DNA of 64,000 nt from Styela clava (Eukaryota): NCBI RefSeq assembly GCF_964204865.1, contig NC_135264.1, positions 11,098,001 to 11,162,000 on the forward strand. Direction: 5' to 3'. The translations under genes were made by a program, and so were the position numbers. The number at the start of each line of letters is the position of its first letter. The stretch's first letter is position 1. This document shows, one piece after another, positions 25,001 to 39,371 of this stretch. The notes under the pieces are model-generated. The model was given only the letters and a program-made list of their open reading frames with translations, searched no databases and was not told the origin of the DNA.

Positions 25001-27701
25001 AAAATAAGGCAGATACCATTTTTTCCATACATTTTAATAAATTACTCACAAAAAATTAAAATAAATACAATTAATAACAATAATTCGTTGCAGGTGTCAT
25101 ACATAATAAAGAATCTTTAAAATAATTCAGTCAGATTCATCATACGTGCCTCATTGGAGAGAATATAATTATCTTCTATTTTAAAATTATATCTAAATGA
25201 AATGTAAAACTTACCTTTTTGTAATATGAATTGAAGTGAATTAATTGCTGCTCTTATGTCCCCAGAACTTGATGAAACTATTAAATTTAAAACTTCTTTT
25301 GAAAGCTTTTGGTTTTCTTTTGTTGATATTTTAGTCAATGCTTTATTCATTGAAGTCATTGAAACAGGATTAAAACTGAAAAAGTTCACAAACATACAAG
25401 ACAAGTTTTTATTGCTCTGAATAAGCCTCTATAAAAGTGGTGACTCATGGTATTTGAATATCTCTGGTTAATAAAATCATTTTTTAATCTACGGTAATTT
25501 AAAGGTGGGTTGAACAAGCTGAAACATATTGATAGAAAGACTCAAATAAGTAAATTTCAAAATTCAAATTGTTCACTACCAACCTAATACTTTGAATTTT
25601 CAATTGATTAAGAACATCAGTAGGAAGTAGATTTCTTTTCACAGAATCGGGTATACTTCCATCACTTAATATAATAATCAGCGGATGTTTCTGATGTCGC
25701 CTGTATTGCCTGCAATGATAATAAAATTTTGATAAAAATATTTTCTCATTCCATTTGCTCTACAGACTTTTTAGTTTAGCCACATATAATTAAGTAGATT
25801 TAGCACGGTGATTCGGTCATTAGAACGAATTGAAAATGAAATTCATAATCTGAATGTTAATTTACAAAATACAAAATAAACGTACCTAAGAAGGTCCCGG
25901 AAAGTTGTTGGTTCACGTATTATATGATGAGGTAAATCTTCAAGTAATAACATTTTTCTACCTTCATAATTTTGTTGTGAAGGCGTATTATTATTAGTAT
26001 AATCATTAGATAGAACAAGTGATGGGTATCGACCACTTCGAAATAAAAAATCTTCAAACTGTGAGGTCATGTTCATATGATAAAGACCTGAAAATAAATA
26101 TTCATAAATGAGTGGATGTAAGTGAGTGAATTTAACACCTTGAACAAGGTGTGTGCTTAGCAGAAATAATGCAGACGAAACAAAGTACGCATTGAAAATT
26201 TAAGCCCAATTCCCACAAGCTAGGCTACGAAGAAGAAGAAAATAACAATCAAAGCAAAGGGTTACTATTATGAAAAAAAAAATTAAAAATACTCATGCCT
26301 ACCTGCTTCTCTAGATGCTGTGAATGAAATAGACAGAGGATTCGTCCACTCTTGTATTTGTACTGAATGTGCTGCAGCAGCTACTAAAACTGTTGCTGTT
26401 TTACCACATCCAGATGGCCCAGTTAACAGAAGGATGGGGGCACCTTTCTAGAAAAAAAACACGCTATGTAAAATACTGCAAAGAATCAAATATCTTTAAC
26501 ACCTATTCCATTTATCATATGAAGTAATTGAAAAGTAATAGTCACCTTTTCCATTATTTTACTATGAGAAATCCATGCCTCAACTTCTGCTATTTTCTTT
26601 TTGTGAACGGCTAAATCATCCTAAAGTTTTAAAAAGTTAAATTAGTCTAGTCTATTCATGTACAAGATAATAACAAATTTGAAAAGGCTGGAAGGGGAAT
26701 AGCTCTTCATTAAATTATCTTACAAAGGTAGAAGGAGTATATTTATCAATCCATGTTGCGCTGTCTTCATTTGATGACTTGATAGCAACATTATTTACTG
26801 GTCTTTTCCTTTTCTTGGATGCTGAGTGGGAGGAAGATCCTAAACAAAGAAATTAAAGGGTGACTATGCTTAAATGATAAAATAGTGACTTGAATCCATG
26901 AAATGTAAGAAAATACAAATAGATTCGAATTCAAAATAAAATTATTCGACTACAAATATACCAAACAGTTGTTTCAAGCAAATATATAACAGTACTGCAG
27001 TATGAAGCAGTATAAAGAGAATGATTGTCTCAGATCAAATCTTGTATCACATGTTTCAGTGTTTATTACAGGTATTATTTTGGCCGCTTTGTTTTTCAAA
27101 CTTTTTATACTGTTTTTCCATATATAACTACAAATCAGAAATACCTATATTGAGCTTAAGGAGACCTGATAGCAATATTCTCATTTTTTAGAAATCTCCA
27201 TAAAGCTATGGAACGATACCTAGTTCAGTAGTCAGGTAGTCGTATTGCTAAATATTGAAATTCAGAAATTGTAATGGAATAAAATTGATCACATCTTGAT
27301 TGCACTTGTTAAATATACCCTAACATTTTTATGAAACTCTCTATCTATCTATTTTATGAAAACTATCCATAAAGCTATGGAACGATACCTAGTTCAGTAG
27401 TCAGGTAGTCGTATTGCTAAATATTGAAATTCAGAAATTGTAATGGAATAAAATTGATCACATCTTGATTGCACTTGTTAAATATACCCTAACATTTTTA
27501 TGAAACTCTCGCACTAAACAAATACCACCACAATATTATGAAGCAAAGTTTTGATAATGATGTGAGCTTTCAACTTTTCCAGTAAGTTTACGAAAGCAAC
27601 TGAAACACACGAATTACAGAGCTAACCTTAATATTTTCAAGCTTAAACGAATATACAACCTTACCAAAATCGTCAAACGTACTAGGCCACGATGATGACA
27701 T
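22027..27701 (-). CDS. RAD17: Cell cycle checkpoint clamp loader RAD17
   Basis: Spliced exons give MSSSWPSTFDDF, WIDKYTP..DLAVHKKKIAEV, Walker A ILLLTGPSGCGKT, LLLEDLP, SGDIRAAINSLQF, GGKDVSLVLFRALGKILYCK and the acidic C-terminus DEDFNIEEFSD*. Confidence 0.96.
22580..22860 (+). mobile_element. tRNA-derived SINE-like element in the last RAD17 intron
   Basis: A-box-like GGTGTGGCACATAGTG and B-box-like GGTTAGAATCC followed by a more GC-rich body; degenerate. Confidence 0.45.
23371..23632 (+). repeat. ~80-bp duplicated repeat in a RAD17 intron
   Basis: AACTGTA.CGA.TGTCACAAAAAATTGC...GTCATATGAAAGTGTGCCCATA at ~23371 and ~23549. Confidence 0.75.
27197..27510 (+). repeat. Recent 145-bp tandem duplication in RAD17 intron 1
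   Basis: 27197-27341 and 27366-27510 appear identical (TCCATAAAGCTATGGAACG...TTTATGAAACTCTC); period 169. Confidence 0.9.
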
Positions 27702-29758
27702 TTCATATCCAGTAATCAAACAACCCAGTTCGCCGCAGAACACCAGGAGATGTTGAGTTGAAAACTTGAGCTAAAATTAAAAAATGAAGACGAATCTTTA
27801 CGAGACATGAATCTCATGCCACTGGCTTCTGTGGCGCGGCCACTAACGACGTTGTGAACGATAATAATTTTATTTTGATTTCAGTGGAGGGAGAGAGTTG
27901 ATATATTTTGTCAATAATAAATGGTGAAAAATTAATACACGTGATATAGAAATGGTGTTGCTCGGAATATACTTTGAAACGGCGAGTCAGAACTCAAAAC
28001 TCGGCTGTGAGACGACTGACACTATTCCCCACATCAGCAGTTCCCAAACGTAACTGTTAGGTAGATAGACAGTACTCGCTGTACGCGCAAATTCGTGAGC
28101 CGAGTTTGTTGTTCAGGCCTACATGTCTACAAGTTTAAAAAGCAAAAGTACCCATTAACGATCACAAAATTGAGTTTTATATATAATGGCATCAATTTTG
28201 TTTTCGTGTAAGTGCGCCCTGAGTTTTTCCCCTGATAATTTGACGTCGCACTGAGCAAAAAGTTTGGAACCGCTGCCTTATATTCAAGTGAGCGCTTTAT
28301 TGTAGCACCACGTTTCAAAAAATTAAAATACACATTCGACACTAGCGTACCAATGGGATACGAATAGGCCATCTTTTAATTTAAAAAAATCGAGAGACCT
28401 GGCTTTTATATGAGAAACATTAGCATCATTTCACACACTTAGTTTTCCAGAATAAAACTCGTTATCTAAGTCCTAAGACTCTCAAGTACAAAAGGGGCTT
28501 TATCGCGAAATATACTTCTACGGTATCAAATAAATATATAAAAATATCTAAACTGAATCTAATTTATAACCACAGCTAAGTCGAAAGTTCCGTCGCGCGT
28601 CTGTCTTTTTTGTTAATTTTATCCCAAATCATTTTTATTATTGTATATACTGATAAAAAATGCTACATTCTCTTCCTACGTTGAGTCCATACGAATCTGG
28701 GACATTTGCCCCTATATGTGGGCAATATGGATTATAAAAATTGATAAGGGAAATAAAAATTGAAAAATCTTTCACAACTATTCAGATTCTGGAATATGAT
28801 ATTTTGTATAGTGGAGATCATTTAGACTTTGTATTATTCCAAGTGGTGTCACCTAACATTGTACTTCTGTCATTCGAATTGAAATACATTATTACAAATT
28901 GTATGTCTATTATATCATATTTTCATATTTGATCGAACGGGTCCTAGGTATATTAACATATATTCTATGTATAGTATATTGCAGCTCTTCTTTTGAGCAT
29001 ACATGTCCTATCCTCCTATTTATGTACAACTCGCCAATGGTGCTTTTTATATTCATATTTTGTGATAATGAAATTACGATACTTCTTTATATTTTACTGT
29101 TACATCAACTCATACTACTATAATTATTTACTTTTTTATTTATCATTCACTTGTCTTCTTATATATTACTTTGACATCTCTTTACAAGCAAAAAATATTA
29201 TTTATAATATAAAATAGTGAATATGGGGGAGCTGACTCTGATGACCGTAGTGTCGTATCGCTCCTCCCGGTCTATACCAAATAACTTTATTATTATATAT
29301 TTTTATTACTATTGCAATGCTTGTTTTTCTTGTTGACAAATACTAAATCTCTCTCTCTCTCTCTTTTAGTTCTCCAATTAAACTTCCAATTTTTCTATCG
29401 CGCAATGAGCATCTGCTCTTGAGATATTGGTTCTACATCATTACAATTTTAATTTTTACCTGAATACTCAGTGATAAATGATACAAATGTGTGAACAATA
29501 GTCGATAAACAAGAGTCACATTTATTTCTATTAAAAATATAGGTCAGTTATAAAGTGCCAAATTAGATAAAATAATATTTTGTAACCTACGATAGGTTAG
29601 TGGTAATAACATGATGATACAATAATATGGAATAATTACATAATGTTGTCTTGCAAATATAGACTCAAAATAGAGGTTATAATATTGATCTTCCGTGCTC
29701 ACATCTCCCCAATAAATGGCGAAAAGTTTTAAAGTGGTGCTCTTTAATGAAATATTTA

Positions 29759-32700
29759 CTATTTCTTGCCGACCCAATCTTTTGTTGCAATGATTTTTCC
29801 GATTGCATCATGCATGTAATCGAATCCTTTGAAATGGTAATTGCTCGCCTCCATCGACTGATATGAAAGTAAATAAAATATGATTTAAAATTACTAGTCA
29901 TCGTAAACTACTAACACAACAAATATATATTCCTAAATAAAGCAAACATGAATATATATACCTCAACTATGATACCGAAGACAACGAAAAATGCTAATGC
30001 GAGAGAATGAGAGATTGAAGTGATGACTCCAGTTCCAATGAGAGTAAACATGATTGACGCGCTCACGGCAAGCCTGCCTGTCCTATGATTAAAATAAAGA
30101 ATGAAATACGTTTTATTGTTCTAAACGTCATTCTGATATCCGTAACACCAAATAAATACTCACGTTATGTTTGTTATTCTGTCTGCAAAGTCGCCAAAAA
30201 CATCCGCAACGATCGTTGTTCCATTGGACACCAAAGTGCCAGCAAGCACGGCGATGTAGGACCCGGGATAAGCTGCTAGGCAAGCTTCAACAGCTGAAAG
30301 AGATTGCCAATATAAATAAGCTTGTAATGAGGTTAAATACATATTCAACACTAACTCTATTTGACAATGAAATGTGCGAAGTGAATAAACCGACAAATAA
30401 TTTTGAAGAATGGATACTGTTATTCGAAATTCCTCACCTACACTTGTTTTCACCATGCGACGAGCAGTTGCAAAAGTCACCATAATCAAAAACATTGGTT
30501 GAATTTCTCCAACTTTGAAATACAAGAATTTATTGAAAACATCGTACGGAAGAAAAAGAACGAGCCACCTATTGGTAAAGAAAATATATGACAACATTAT
30601 TTACTGAGGTCGTATTTTATGATTTTTTTGTCAGACTACGTTTTGTTTGTTAAAATGGTAATATCATTTTTAATTTTATCTCAATAATGTTAAATAAAAG
30701 ATAGGAAGAAGAGCATCCATATATCATAGGTCACAACTTAGTGGGTATAGTCTCTCAAAATAAATAATACAAAGCAGTTACAAAATAAGAACTCAAAATA
30801 CGGAAAAACCGTTTGACACCGTTCATTATTCAAACTGTTGAAACCAAAAAGTTCCATTTTCTAGAAAATTGAGAAAAAAAAGCTGTTTATGCCACCAAGG
30901 TCGAGGAAGAATGTTCCAATTGACGTCATAGTAGAAAATGTCATGGTTTGTCATTTCCGACACATATAAATAACAATTACAGTAAATTAAGTGGATTTTT
31001 CTGGTTAGTAAGTCTATTGTTAATGAGCGATATATGAAAATAAACTTATTATATATTGTGAAAATATCGCTTCTATTATACCACTATTTCCAATTAATCT
31101 TGATTTAATTAAAATATAAAATAATGAAAAAATATATAAAAAATGAAATTTCCGATAAATTCAAATTAGCGAACCTCGTGTCTTATCTCACGCACACATT
31201 TGCCAAATTTAGCACAGCAAGAAACGAAAACATCTTCTTACCATGCTAAGGCAATTAGTGCCAACGATCTATTGACTGACATTGCCTCCACCGAAGATTT
31301 CCCCATCAAAATTGATAGAATAATATCACAACCGAATCCATATAGAACAGCTTTACAGTATGAAAGGAACCAGTTCTTCTTGTGCCATGCGTAGTCTGTC
31401 AAATTATCATGTAAGAAAAGTTCAATTCACTAATATCATATTCATCATTTAATTCTTATATCCACGATGATTTCGAATGTGAAGCCGTATTAAAGTCGTC
31501 GAATCGCCTTGAATTAATTCTGAATATGACGCAGTTTCGGTGTTAAGAAGCGTGATATGAAACACAAAAGTTTTGTCGAAATCATAAAAGGATTACCACG
31601 TAAAAAAATGAAAAATAATTCAGTTTATCTTTCTACAAATTACATAGACATTGTGGCTTTGAAGAATACTATATTTGGTTTTTCTACCCACAAACACACA
31701 CCACCTATTTTCCATGTACTTGACTTATTTCGTACTAAACTAGATTTTATATTGCATATCATTTGCCTTTGAGAAGAAGACTTGAGAAACACCGACTTCA
31801 AAACGCTGAGTACCCCGCTATTATCAAAGGATTATTTTTTTAATTTCAGTACTTTTTTAATTCAATTCCATTTTGGAAGTCCGAATATTGCGCAATATTT
31901 CAAGGCGAATCAGCCATTTTAAGAAATGAAGTATTTACCCAAACGTGTTGAAAACTCATATTAATATCTGCTTTATAACCACATAGGTGTATTTACCGAA
32001 GGTGAGGTGACGTTAGACTGACTTAAGGAAGAAAACATATTTCGGGAACAGGCATAACTGGAGTTCACAATGCGGATCGAAATTGGATTTCATGCCACAC
32101 CTTTGTCAAAATGATTCGCCAAAAATACACCGTTTCTCGATTCAGTACGTCTTCCGGCCGCTATGAGAAAGACGGTTGGGCAAAAACGATTTAAATAGAA
32201 ATCGAGATGTCGGTGTACGTTTATTAAAATATCATATCTCGCCCACGTAACAGTGCAATAAATAATATGTCTACAACTGTAGCCAAATTTTATGTAATAT
32301 AGATACATTTGCAGTACAATAAGTGATATGCAATGCCGTCTTACCATGTGTCTTGCAAGCTTGTATCGTCATAAAAATTAAATAACAACAATTCATCTGC
32401 TTTGCCACATGAGGAAGAGTTTTCCCAGTAATTGTATCTGCAATCTTGGAAGAAAAAAATATTTATTAGCAGTTACAAAATGAATTAATGCTGGAGAAAA
32501 ATTTCAATGAAAAAATTGTAGAACAAGAATGGCAACAATACACACAGCGAGCGTATATGTCAGTAGCAAATCGGAAGTTTCCCGCCAAAATCATCAACGC
32601 GAATCGACTACCTAATAACATTGAATCGTATGAATACTGCTTGAATATTGGAAAATTAAATCATTTACAATCACAAATAGTTTACAATGACATATCGTAA

Positions 32701-32834
32701 AGGACGATTAGTTATAATAAACACTATAGCAGTCATCACAATGTATGAAATTAAACTAACTCATTACTGTTCAGGTGGGACTGTGTCCAGTATACGGAGG
32801 TCAACACTGCACTTACCTCGTTAATGGCGTCCAT
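29759..32834 (-). CDS. TMEM38: Trimeric intracellular cation channel (TRIC/TMEM38)-like, 7 exons, ~250 aa
   Basis: Exons 32834-32817, 32444-32345, 31395-31242, 30568-30438, 30293-30164, 30082-29962, 29857-29759 join in frame (753 nt). Segments KKNWFLSYCKAVLYGFGCDIILSILMG, ALAWWLVLFLPYDVF, YPGSYIAVLAG and ASIMFTL parallel TMEM38 helices. Confidence 0.75.
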
Positions 32835-35800
32835 CGTATCCGCGCATTCAGTTCCAAAATAACAAATAGCCTACGGTTGGTAATCTAGCCTATACCGATT
32901 TAAACTATGGCTGCAAATGCGGAAATAGTATGCGAATCATTTAAAGGAGAAATTGATAGATTAAGTAGAATAAGAAAGATTACATACAAAGTGTGCGGAA
33001 CAGCCTACAAATTGCTGATTACGTTTATCTGCATGAATGATATACTTAGAGTAACAAAACGTCTAAATTTATATTTAAAATACCTGTGTTATCAAAAAAC
33101 ACTATTCAGGCAGCAGTATACGCCACACACATGTCCCGCAGGTCTAAGTAATGTGTACACAACATCGTACCGGTAAATGCGTAATGCCTGACTGACTCAC
33201 TGTCATTATTTGACACCGCGGCGACCCGATCATTTTTATTAGCTCATAGCGTGGAATATAAAAATTGTACGTTTGGCGTAACAGAATGGTACGTGCGCTA
33301 TGGACAGGCGTTTATTGTGAAAATGAAGAAAAGTGTGAATTATCCTGGTTTTGTGGGTTTTCGTGGCACTTATTACTTTGGTATAGGGTGCGTCACGTTG
33401 GGATTAGAATTCACCTTGGCATGAATTCATATGATGCGGTGTTTATAATTAGGTTTAAGCAACACAACACTGACACAAGACGTCACCTCTAAAAAATCTA
33501 AACTTTGAATTCTCTATTTAGCATATTACGCTTCGATTATCATAGATTAATACTTCTTATGTCGGAAATCGTTTTGCTAACCATGATCGTGGTTTAATCA
33601 AGCCATAACGGGCTTTTTAGCATATTTGATCTTTTTATCGTGTTTATGCTAGGCTGTAAATACATGTATGGCTATTTCATAGAGGGATGCAAAGTCATGG
33701 AAATCCTGTTCGAATATTATGAAATTCTATTATCAACCGCGCAATCTACAACATACGGTGAAGCATTTGAAAAAAAAAACGAACAAAAATAGGACAAGTA
33801 ATCTCGATCTGGATTACTATAACCGCAATTCAAATATTTGATGGCGTCGTCAGTTCTAGCTTCCAAAGCAAATTTTTCGATACGCAACGCATATACTGTA
33901 TAGGATTTAAGGGCCCTCTATATAATTTTATATCCTGAATGACATTTGATGAGAGCTCTTATTCAGCAGAACTACCGAAAACTGATGTAACATTTCCTTG
34001 TGTACCGAAACGTAGCGAATTCTGAAATATTATATAATACCATAAACTACTGATGAAACGAACATTCATTTTGACAACAGCTTAGTGCTTGACCTTCGAG
34101 TGACTAATCCATTGCTAATTAATTCCGAAACGTTTTTGATCCGAGAAAGATAATCTAGTCACACGATATAACAACAATGTTGACAAGACATAAATATTTC
34201 TTTTTTCATGGTTTGCCTCAAGGCCTGTTAATATCTGTCAATCTCAAATGACACTTCTCGGATTTGATTTATTATGAATCTTAACATTTCTAAATATAGC
34301 TCTACTGAGACATGAATTTTGAGATCGGTTATGCGGTGGTTGCTCAAAATATGTCGTATTTCACTTGTATTCTGAAGAAAATTGAAGTATTACAAAATGC
34401 TTTTTAATCGAAATTCTGTCTCATACTTTCATCAAGAATCTAATAGAGTAATGGTAGCTTTAACTTTCACAAGATATGATCCCAAATTTATATGCTGAAG
34501 TTCCTGTATAGCAAGATCTAATAACTACGCATTTTCTATATTATTTCGGCTGTTTACCGACTAAGCTTGACCATTAAATCACCAATAATAGACTTTAATA
34601 GACAATAAATTAATTACAATACTAAACTAAAAATAAAATGCAAACAATTGCGAATACCAATTCCAAAAAATAGTCACTCCCCATTTATGCAAGTCGATTT
34701 TCAAAAATTGCCGATTTTTAAATTAGCACTTGCAAAATTTCAAATTCTCCTATTTTATAATTAGAAAACGAAGCGTGTAATATTGCACCACCTTTTATCG
34801 CACTTTTTAATCTGGTGGCAAAACCCATGTTTTCGTTGGACAAGTGTGTTCACAAAGCTACAATTAAACATTTAAAATTACATATTGAAAGCAAAATCCG
34901 TTAAGATTTGAATTATAATTTTTACCGATAAACCGGAAAATAATAGTAGGATTGGAATATAAACCGAGCCTAAAAAGGGTCTGATATAAAGCCCCTGGTT
35001 GGTCCATGTGTATATATTGTTGACAATGTTTACATGTACACACACCCTGCAGGGTTTATAAAGTCGAAATGTCATTTCCCAAGCTCATCATTTTAATGCC
35101 TGTCATTATGCAATATTTCTAAGAGTTTTTTCACGCGGAGAAATTTTGACACAATTCCACAGAAGCCACATAGTTGATCTTCATTTCTCGCTTGTTTCAA
35201 TGAACATAAGTGGAGAGATTTATGTATAACAGTGGTGCATATATCATATACGATTTCAACTTCAAGAAGTAAAAAGCATACTGATAAAAGCCATAGTCAA
35301 GTTTATTTTTTCCATCCAGTAAAAAATGACATACGCAATTGAGAAAAAAAATAGATAAAATTCAACACACATTTTTACTGGGAAAGAGAAGCCGCGGGGA
35401 ACCAAAACTGGTTATCGAGCAACGACACGTAAGTTGCAAATATATAGGTTTGTCTTCATGGTGGAGATTTGAATAGATAACGGTTGTCACGAAGCCAAAA
35501 AAAATAGGAACCTCTGCTTATACAGGGTACCTCTACATTATGACACGGACTGATGTACTGGGACAAGCAAACGTAATAGTTTCTAATCATATTTATAACT
35601 TCCTCATGAATTCGTCAACCAGGTTCATCTACTGGTCTATTTATATTGATGAACGCCATCAAGATTGCGCACAGCCTGAACATAGTATGTGTACCAGGTT
35701 AGGGTTATCAGGTTGTGCGCCATCTTGGTGCACATACTTCGGGAGCGCCTGATAAACATCAAAAATTTATATTTTCAATCAGTGGCAAATATTGATTAAT

Positions 35801-36662
35801 TTCTTTACTTGTTACAGGCCTGGATATTACTTTCAATGAATAAGCATTCCACACAGCCGTGTAATATACTGTTACTGATAGGCCGGCGTAGGTCGAATGA
35901 CAACATTTTATACAAACGTCTCAAATTATAGGAAGTTTCCATTTTTAAAACCTATCTTTTTATGTGTACGAAATTTAACAACTTTTTTTAGGTAATTATA
36001 TTCATTTAGGAAAATCTTGAAAGCAAATATGAAAATAAAATGTTAACACAAGGTAATATCTATCGCCAGTTGTTGGAACGTTGGACCAAACTGCGTTAAC
36101 ATGATAGGGTTCAATGCCCTTATCCAACATCACATATGGGGCAATGAGTTGGATGAAACCTATTCAAAATGTGAAGATTTTGCCACATTTATATTATAAT
36201 CTTGACAGATAATAAGCACGAGCAAATGATGCTTATTCAGTACCGGCCTAATTTATACAGTGTATGTCATAGAACAGATCGATCGCAAGGCAGCCTTGGC
36301 TGCAACAGAGAAAATGTGTTTCTATCAATACATTATGAAGCTTCATCGTGATAAAATGAAGACAAAATACATTCTAGGTGCCGCAGATCGATTGCTTCTA
36401 CTTTAAGTCATAACAAATGCGCTTTAAGATGATGCATCAACACTTCAAACAGATTTAGAAAAGACATCAGGTCGACAATATAGTCTCTTTTTTTTCTTTC
36501 AGATTTTCGCATTTTCTCAACGGAATTGTTCTAGGACTAATGATTATTTAGCATAAGCTAGACGTAATAGTGTGGTATACAAGGACGGAAAGATTTGTAT
36601 AATACTCTAAATTAAAACGGATAACTGAAAATTTACCAATGGTTTGAGATAATTCAAAAGCT

Positions 36663-39371
36663 ATGGATCTAAGGATTGTGTTGATTTTTCTTGCAATTTT
36701 TGATCAAGGTAAATATAATTTTCTGTTATATTATCGAGAAACTTTTTCTATTCCCAGTGGTAGAAATGTTGGCTTAACAGTTGTTGCCAAGTTTGAGGTC
36801 TCAGCTCCAAGGCCAGGTAAGATTGCTGATTGTCAAACCGAAGTGAGCCAATCAGTATCGTCATGAATGGAAAAATTCAGGCTCCAATGTGAGCAAATGT
36901 TTGTGCGCATGATTGCACTTTTGTAATAGCCTCACGGGAAAGGTTATTTTAGTGTTTTTGCCATACAAATACAGTTTCCATAGCACTTCTGCATAACGTT
37001 CATAAGATGCATCATATTGAGATATTTGCATGGTGTTTAGAGTTCTTTTTTATTATCCATTTATATCATATCATTACCTTTCAAAGCAAAATCATGACCC
37101 CACATTCAGACGCCTAAAGACACCCCGTCACAATTAAGATTACAAGCAAAAATCGAATATTATTTTGTCCTAACCTAACTGTCATTGATGTTACATCCAA
37201 AAAACGTGGAATCTCCAAAATCAATTTCCTGATGTCAATTTACAATTTAATTTAATTTTTCAGTCCGGTCTTCTCATGGCTTCTGTTCATATAGCACTTT
37301 CATTGAAAACAATGGATTCTCTGAAACCGGTTCCTTTGGAGTATGGGACCCAGAAGGTTATAGAAGAAATGAAACCTGCACACTGGAAATTAGAAGACCT
37401 AATATGATGTATATGTCTTTAATGATAGACTACGAGAAATTTGATTTACAGGAATATTCTACGTGCGCAGATTCTATACAATTGCCAACAGGTAAATAAC
37501 ATTTGAACGATAATTCTATAAATTATATTAGGTAACCAATTACTGGTGGAAATGGATGCGTCATCAGGGCAGACTACGTCAATGTCTTATGCATATGCAT
37601 TAGCACAACGTCTAATTAGTTAATCGACTTCATGCAAAAGTCTATTATGCTAATTTTTCAGATTAATTTTGCCGAGCATAAATCAAGTTAGAATATTCAG
37701 ACCCTCAATTTGAATAAATTATGCACATTGAAATAGAATGACATTTTGCTATCATTTCAATCTTTGAGATCACTTTATATTTGTTTCGTTTATTCATATT
37801 GATATACATATATTCATATTCATTTATTTTCTGTAATTTTGATAAATATTTAACTAAGAAATTTATACCACAGGTACGAGAATGTGCAAGGAGCCACAGA
37901 ACTGTCAAATATTCACATCTTCTAATCACGAAGTATCATGTTTTGGAAAATTAAACGAACACTGTGATGTATTTTCGGTCAGTGCTGATACGTGGCCGAT
38001 GAAATTTGTTTTTCATTCCGCCGCCAATTCAACTATTCATCGAATGCACAGGGGATTTGAAATAAGTTATCAACTTTTACAAAGTTGTAATGGTAAGCAC
38101 TTTTACATATTAGACATTTACATAACATTTCATATATACGTCAGTGTGGCCGAAATCCAGGCCATTCATTCAGTCATTGCAGCTACTGTATGCCCAAAAA
38201 TCGTTGCCTCATTGTCGGCCCCGCATTTTGATTGGAAAAACGTTGCCCTTACTTATACCATGTACGAATTTGGATTTCGTAGTTTGTTCGATCTCAATCA
38301 ATCTATTCGACTGATTTAAAATGTTTACGTTCAATTCAATGTACAGTAGTGAAAATTAGCACATAGCAGGTATCTAATGATAAGAAAAATGTCCCATCCA
38401 ATAATGAATAAAGTACATTTGTGTCCAATTTATCATATATTGAATGTACTGTTCACATACCAATATTAACGTTTTCACATACAGGTACAGGAATTGATGA
38501 AGAGAAATGGATTCACTACGGACATAAAACAAATAAAGTACCAATAAGTGTACCAGTTGCTGTACTCATTGCGTTAGCAATACTAATTTCAGCGCTGATG
38601 TCTTTTCGATGGTGGTATTCATATCATTTTTATTTGTTTCATTGTTATTATGTTGAAGCGCAAGCTTGCCTCATTGACCAAGCAGATTTTGCTGGAGGAA
38701 AAGATCAAAACAGGAGCACAAAGCCAACTTGATTATAAAAAAAAACTTTTCCACCTTTGTAATGTATTAATTTGAGTAGGCTATTTCCACTCTCTATACA
38801 TAAACTTGAATGACAATTATTATCCACACTAGTAAGGGTAAAATATTGCAGTATATTATTACTGAATTAGCTTGATTTAAGCTCAGCCTCCATATAAATT
38901 TGAAATATTATTTAATTAGCATACAAACTGTTGCACGTGAATAGTTGACGCATGACTTATGATAATTAAAACAAGCCAAATATAATACTTCACAAAATTT
39001 CATGTGAAATATATTCAAGTGATCTAAAAAACAATCTCGGTTAAAGTATATAGTTCTATTTAATCGTGCATTTCAGGGAAAGGCGATATCGAACATCAGA
39101 CGTTAGGGAAGAAACGCGACCTCTAACGGCGACTTCTAATAATGTACACTCGTCCTATGGTGGCGGTATAATGTCCGATGATTCTGAAAACGAAGCTGAA
39201 ACCGTTTATACAGTTGCTGATGAATCCTCCAGAAATTACAACGAATCACCAAAATTGCCAAAGCGAGAATTAAGAAGGCAAGATAATGTGAATGACGAAG
39301 AAAATCTTACTATCGATCGATCAGGAATGGCTTCAAAAAGAAATACTATATATGCACATCTGATTCATTGA
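36663..39371 (+). CDS. CUB-like domain single-pass receptor 1 (~304 aa)
   Basis: Exons 36663-36708 (signal peptide), 37264-37491 (YRRNETCTLEI...FDLQEYSTCADSI), 37874-38092 (FVFHS...RGFEISY), 38485-38611 (TM), 39077-39371 (tail with VYTVADE, NTIYAHL). An extra small juxtamembrane exon near 38683-38763 is possible. Confidence 0.8.

Noticed and set aside
27820-28520. E2F-like sites upstream of RAD17 (TGGCGCGG, CGCGCAAA, TCGCGAAA)
   Set aside because: Plausible but short and imperfect; cannot be told from chance without conservation data
28700-29300. Hydrophobic short ORFs
   Set aside because: AT-rich low-complexity intergenic sequence with no splice or homology support
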